From an uncultured Gemmatimonadales bacterium (lineage in GTDB: Bacteria; Gemmatimonadota; Gemmatimonadetes; Gemmatimonadales; GWC2-71-9): 64,000 nucleotides of DNA. The stretch's first letter is position 1. The number at the start of each line of letters is the position of its first letter. The notes below the pieces were generated by a model that saw nothing but the letters and a program-made list of their open reading frames with translations, was not told where the DNA came from and made no database searches. Both the position numbers and the translations under genes were made by a program. The DNA is taken from assembly GCA_963779755.1 (NCBI GenBank), contig CAVZZO010000001.1, positions 960,001 through 1,024,000 on the forward strand, read 5' to 3'. Shown piece after piece: positions 59,929 through 64,000 of the stretch.

Positions 59929-60067
59929 CAGTCGCGACCTTGTCGTCAGAGGGTATGCGGAAGACAATGACGCCTGGCTCAGCGTACGCAGCCCACCCGG
60001 ATCCTGTTTCCGGACCGGCATGCACCTCCTGCGGGCCCCTGTCCGCCTGAGCCGGCGAGATCGCCGT

Positions 60068-62119
60068 TCATTGCCGCAGTCGCTGTGCCAGCTCGGCATC
60101 GGTGGAGGCCGGGAGCTCGCAGGCGGCGCCGATGCAGACGTAGGCACGGACGTCGGCCGCTGAGCGCACCAGGGACGCCACGGCCGGCGCCGGCGTGATC
60201 GAGCCGGCATTCTCCGGGGTGATCCGCTGGACGATGCGGCGGGGCCGGAAGGTGGCGAGGGCGCGGCGGTGCATGCGCCGGGCCTCTTCCTCTTCGGCCG
60301 GGCCGGTAATCACCAGATGTACCGGCGGATGGAGAAAGGAATCCAGCGCGAGGAGCCAGGTTGCGCCATGGAGGCCCAGGTCGTCGGCCCGGCCGGCGAA
60401 GGCCTCGAGCAGCGCGCGCTGGCGATCGCGCCAGCGCGCGACGCCGGTGTGCTCCGCCAGCCGCCACAGGACCATGCCGGCCACCCCGTTCGCAGACGGC
60501 GTGGGCGCGTCCTGCACCGGCTTGGCCCGGGTCGGGAGCAGGCCTTCGCCCCCGCGGTCCCGCGCCTGGTCGTAGAAGCCGCCGGCCTGCTCGTCCCAGT
60601 AGTCTCGCAGGACTCGCTCCATCAGCCCTTCCGCCCAGGCGAGCCACTCGCGGCGGCCCGTCGCCTCCCAGGCGGCAATGCCGGCGGCGGCGCACTGCAC
60701 CTGATCTTCCAGCAGTCCGTCGGGCCCTCCGGCTACGTGGGGAACGGCATCGGGTTCGGGCGATTCCGCCCGGATGCGCTCCAGGGTACGCAGCGCATGG
60801 GTCCCGGCCCAGTCATCGTCCAGCACGGCGCCCGCTTCCAGCAGCGCCGATGCCATCATGGCATTCCAGGCGGTGTAGCGGGTGCGGTCCACCTCGGGCG
60901 CGGGCCGCTGCCGGCGGGCGGCGCGGAGCTTGTCCGTGGCGGAGTCCAGAATCTGGACGACCCGTTCGAGCGGCAGCTGAAGGCGCTCCGCGATGCGTTC
61001 CGGCGATTCCGCCAGAAACAGGACGTTCTTCCCGGGATGATGGCGCATCTCGCCCGCGGTGCCGATATCATAGCGCAGCGCCGCGACCTCCAGCTCGTCT
61101 CCGCTCAGGGTCTCCGCCGCCTCATCGAGCGTCCAGGTGAAGTAGTCGCCGTCGTCGTCCAGCCCGACGTCCGCATCCTGGCTGGCGCCGTAGCCGCCGT
61201 CGGGGTCGGCCAGCACCTCGCGCACCCAGCGGACGATACCGCGGGCCGCCGACTCGCAGGCGGGGGTACGGAAAACGCTCCAGGCATGGAGGTAGACCCG
61301 CAGCAGCTCGCTGTTGTCGTAGGACATCTTCTCGAAGTGGGGGACGATCCACCGGGCATCGGTGCTGTAGCGGTGGAACCCGCCGCCCAACTGATCGTGA
61401 ATCCCGCCCGCGGCCATGGCAATGAGGGTGCCGTCGATCATATCGCGCAGGGCGGGCGCCGGGGCATCCAGCCAGCGGCCCAGCAGCAGCTCGATGGCCG
61501 CCGGATGAGGGAATTTCGGCGCCGCGCCGAACCCGCCGTGTTTCGCATCGTAAACCCGGGCCATGCCCGCGACGGCGCGCTCCAGCAGTGCCGGATCCAG
61601 CGGGCCGGGCGCCGTCTCGTTCATGGCGCCGGCCAGGATGCGCCGGACCGCGCCGGCCTGGGCGGCAAGCTCCTCCCGCTTGTCCTGGAATGCCCGGAGC
61701 ACCGAGTCGAGCACGGCCCGAAAACCGGGCCGGCCATACTGGCCGTCGGGAGGGAAATAGGTCCCGCCGAAGAACACGTCGCCTTCGGGGGTAAGCAAGG
61801 CGGTCAGCGGCCAGCCCCCCTGTCCGGTCAGGGCCTGAACGGCGCGCTGGTAGCGGGCGTCCACGTCCGGCCGTTCGTCGCGGTCCACCTTGATGCAGAC
61901 GAAGTGCCGGTTGAGGAACTCGGCCAGGCCCGGATCTTCGTAGGATTCCCGGTCCATGACGTGGCACCAGTGGCACCAGACCGCACCCACATCGAGGAGC
62001 ACCGGTCGGTCGGTCCGTTGTGCCTCGGCGAAGGCCTCCTCGCTCCAGGGATGCCAGTGGACCGGCTGGTGGGCGGCCGAGCGCAGGTAGGGGGAACGGG
62101 CTGAGGCGAGGAGGTTCAT
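60068..62119 (-). CDS. Thioredoxin-domain protein, YyaL/SPATA20 family
   Basis: N.L....SPYL..AAHQPV.W, WCHWCHVM, KVDRDERPDVD, GGWPLT, PHFEKM. Confidence 0.93.
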   Translation of the reverse strand: MNLLASARSPYLRSAAHQPVHWHPWSEEAFAEAQRTDRPVLLDVGAVWCHWCHVMDRESYEDPGLAEFLNRHFVCIKVDRDERPDVDARYQRAVQALTGQGGWPLTALLTPEGDVFFGGTYFPPDGQYGRPGFRAVLDSVLRAFQDKREELAAQAGAVRRILAGAMNETAPGPLDPALLERAVAGMARVYDAKHGGFGAAPKFPHPAAIELLLGRWLDAPAPALRDMIDGTLIAMAAGGIHDQLGGGFHRYSTDARWIVPHFEKMSYDNSELLRVYLHAWSVFRTPACESAARGIVRWVREVLADPDGGYGASQDADVGLDDDGDYFTWTLDEAAETLSGDELEVAALRYDIGTAGEMRHHPGKNVLFLAESPERIAERLQLPLERVVQILDSATDKLRAARRQRPAPEVDRTRYTAWNAMMASALLEAGAVLDDDWAGTHALRTLERIRAESPEPDAVPHVAGGPDGLLEDQVQCAAAGIAAWEATGRREWLAWAEGLMERVLRDYWDEQAGGFYDQARDRGGEGLLPTRAKPVQDAPTPSANGVAGMVLWRLAEHTGVARWRDRQRALLEAFAGRADDLGLHGATWLLALDSFLHPPVHLVITGPAEEEEARRMHRRALATFRPRRIVQRITPENAGSITPAPAVASLVRSAADVRAYVCIGAACELPASTDAELAQRLRQ

Positions 62120-62122
62120 AAT

Positions 62123-62152
62123 AGAGTGGGCAGAATGGGCAGAGTGGGCAGA
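62123..62152. repeat. 9-mer array (AGARTGGGC)3
   Basis: Fills the nth-yyaL gap. ATGGGCAGAGTGGGC also occurs at 27231-27245. Confidence 0.75.
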
Positions 62153-62866
62153 TCAGAGGTCGGACGAGGGGCAGATATCGGCCAGGACGCACCGGTCGTG
62201 CCGGGGGCGGCGGGCGATGCAGACCTGCCGTCCGTGGGTGATGAGCAGGTGGGAGATGATGGTCCAGTCCTTCCCGGGGACCAGCTGCATCAGGTCCTGT
62301 TCGATCTTCTCCGCGTCGGTCTGGGTCGTGAGCCCGAGCAGCCGGCTCAAGCGGCTGACGTGGGTGTCCACCACGATGCCTTCATCGATGCCGAAGGCGT
62401 TGCCGAGGACGACATTGGCCGTCTTGCGTCCCACCCCGGGCAGCGCGCGCAGCGATGCCATGTCCCGGGGGATCTCGCCCTCGTGATCGGCCACGACCGC
62501 CCGGGCCATGCCGATGAGGTTTCGGGCCTTGCTGCGGAAGAACCCGGTGCTGCGAATGAGGTCTTCCAGCTCGGCCTGGTCGGCTCGCGCCAGCAGGCCC
62601 GGGGTGGGATAGCGGCGGAAGATCGCCGGGGTCACCATGTTGACCCGGGCGTCGGTACACTGGGCGGACAAAATGGTGGCGACCAGCAGCTGGTAGGGCG
62701 AGTCGTGGTCCAGGGCGCAATGGGCGCCGGGGTATTCCCGTTTCAGCCGCTTGACGATCTCCCGCGTTCGCGCTTTGCGCGCCTCCGCCGACTCCCGCGT
62801 GCGGGCGGCGGGCTTGCGCGCGGGTTTCTTCCGCGCGGGCGTCTTCTTCGGTGCCGGCTTCTTCAT
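62153..62866 (-). CDS. nth: Endonuclease III
   Basis: LVATILSAQCTD, HhH LPGVGRKTA, VDTHV, C-terminal Fe-S Cys cluster. Confidence 0.96.
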   Translation of the reverse strand: MKKPAPKKTPARKKPARKPAARTRESAEARKARTREIVKRLKREYPGAHCALDHDSPYQLLVATILSAQCTDARVNMVTPAIFRRYPTPGLLARADQAELEDLIRSTGFFRSKARNLIGMARAVVADHEGEIPRDMASLRALPGVGRKTANVVLGNAFGIDEGIVVDTHVSRLSRLLGLTTQTDAEKIEQDLMQLVPGKDWTIISHLLITHGRQVCIARRPRHDRCVLADICPSSDL

Positions 62867-64000
62867 CCACTCCTCCGCGCGATCGCCGCCAGAAAGTCCT
62901 CCGCGGACCGGCTGTTCAGCACGTCGTCCGCCTCCAGCCAGGCCTTGCGGGCCATGGCCAGCCCGAACTCAACGTTACCCAGGCCGACCAGGCTGTGCGC
63001 GTCCACGCCGATGGAGATCCGCACCCCGAGTTCGCGCGCGCGGCGCACCGCCTGCCAGCTCAGATCGAGGCGATGCGGGTCGGCGTTGATCTCAACGGCA
63101 ACGCCGCGCTCGGCGGCCCGGGCGAGCACCGCGTCGAGGTCCAGCGGGTAGGGCTTGCGGGAGAGCAGCAGCCGGCCGGTGGGGTGGCCCAGGATCGAGA
63201 GCCGCGGATTGTCGAGGGCGCGCAGCATCCGGGCGGTCATCTGGTCGCGGTCGAGATTGAACCGGCCGTGCACCGATCCGATCACGAAGTCGAGCCGACC
63301 CAGGGTGGTGTCGTCATAGTCCAGCCGCCCATCGGCCAGGATGTCGGCTTCGATGCCCTTCAGCACCCGGAAATCACCGCTCCGCCCGTTGAACGCGTCG
63401 ATTTCTTCCGCCTGCCGGGCCAGCTCCGCGGGGCTCAAGCCGCCGGCGTATGCCGCCGCCTGGCTGTGGTCGGTGATGCCCAGCCAGCGATAGCCCAGGT
63501 CCCGGCTGGCCCGGGCCAGCTCTTCCACCGAGACCGAGCCGTCGGAGTAGCTGGTGTGACAATGCAGGACCCCCTGCAGATCCTCCCGCCGGACCAGGCA
63601 GGGGAGGCGGCCATTTGCGGCCGCATCGACTTCCCCGGTGCCCTCGCGCAGCTCGGGCGGAATCTCCGCCAGGCCCAGCGCACGGTAGAAGGAGGTTTCG
63701 TCCGGGGTCGGGATGAACCGGCTTCCCTCCCAGAGGGCGGCGCCCTCCAGAGTGTGGCCGGTGGCGCGGGCCCGTTCCGCCAATTGCGCCAGGTGCTCTT
63801 CCGAGCCGGTGGCCTGTACCAGCACGGCCCCCAGGTTGGCGGGCGTGGTGATCACCACCCGGGCGCTGGCGCCACCGACAAAGCGCAAGGTGGCGCGGCG
63901 CTCGTCCCGCTCGGCGAACTCGTTGACCCCCGGGAACGTGGCAAGCTGCCGCCAGATCTCTTCCGCGGCCACCTCGGCGACGAGCACCAGAATGACATCG
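62863..64000 (-). CDS. polX: DNA polymerase X / PHP-domain protein (5' end outside the window)
   Basis: ATGS..H, IPPELRE, HCHTSYSDG, ITDHS, GHPTGR, EINA.P.RLD, DAH. Confidence 0.9.
   Translation of the reverse strand, partial: DVILVLVAEVAAEEIWRQLATFPGVNEFAERDERRATLRFVGGASARVVITTPANLGAVLVQATGSEEHLAQLAERARATGHTLEGAALWEGSRFIPTPDETSFYRALGLAEIPPELREGTGEVDAAANGRLPCLVRREDLQGVLHCHTSYSDGSVSVEELARASRDLGYRWLGITDHSQAAAYAGGLSPAELARQAEEIDAFNGRSGDFRVLKGIEADILADGRLDYDDTTLGRLDFVIGSVHGRFNLDRDQMTARMLRALDNPRLSILGHPTGRLLLSRKPYPLDLDAVLARAAERGVAVEINADPHRLDLSWQAVRRARELGVRISIGVDAHSLVGLGNVEFGLAMARKAWLEADDVLNSRSAEDFLAAIARRSG

Noticed and set aside
1..64000. Prophage, IS, integron, defence island, tRNA or rRNA genes
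   Set aside because: No integrase, transposase, phage or cas motifs, no recognisable tRNA/rRNA sequence, and no obvious compositional island.

Overview
GC-rich (roughly 70% by eye) chromosomal window of densely packed housekeeping and envelope genes. Gene content suggests a Gemmatimonadota-like bacterium (inference only). It holds about 50 genes. On the + strand are two RND transporters, gyrA, a threonine dehydratase, a REC-GAF-GGDEF cyclase, a Ser/Thr kinase, a pncB-pncA NAD-salvage pair, leuS and an ECF sigma/anti-sigma/PDZ module. On the - strand are a second ECF module heading a TolC-ABC-MFP-2x permease operon, an MsrPQ-like pair, cls, a FadL/SGNH lipase pair, a cyclophilin, nth and a partial PolX-PHP. 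No rRNA, tRNA, CRISPR array, transposase or phage gene was recognised. Three non-coding patterns stand out. (1) About 15 'inverted microsatellite' elements are made of 7-, 8- or 9-nt units of many different sequences. They usually form two complementary arms, sit at gene junctions, and twice lie in-frame inside RND transporter loops. (2) A TAnnnT -10 box lies 5-9 nt before many start codons, which suggests widespread leaderless transcription. (3) A GGTTCAAC-N17-CGTAwCC ECF-type promoter occurs both at the second sigma gene and at a distant small secreted-protein gene. The 27.0-27.55 kb gap carries candidate small RNAs.
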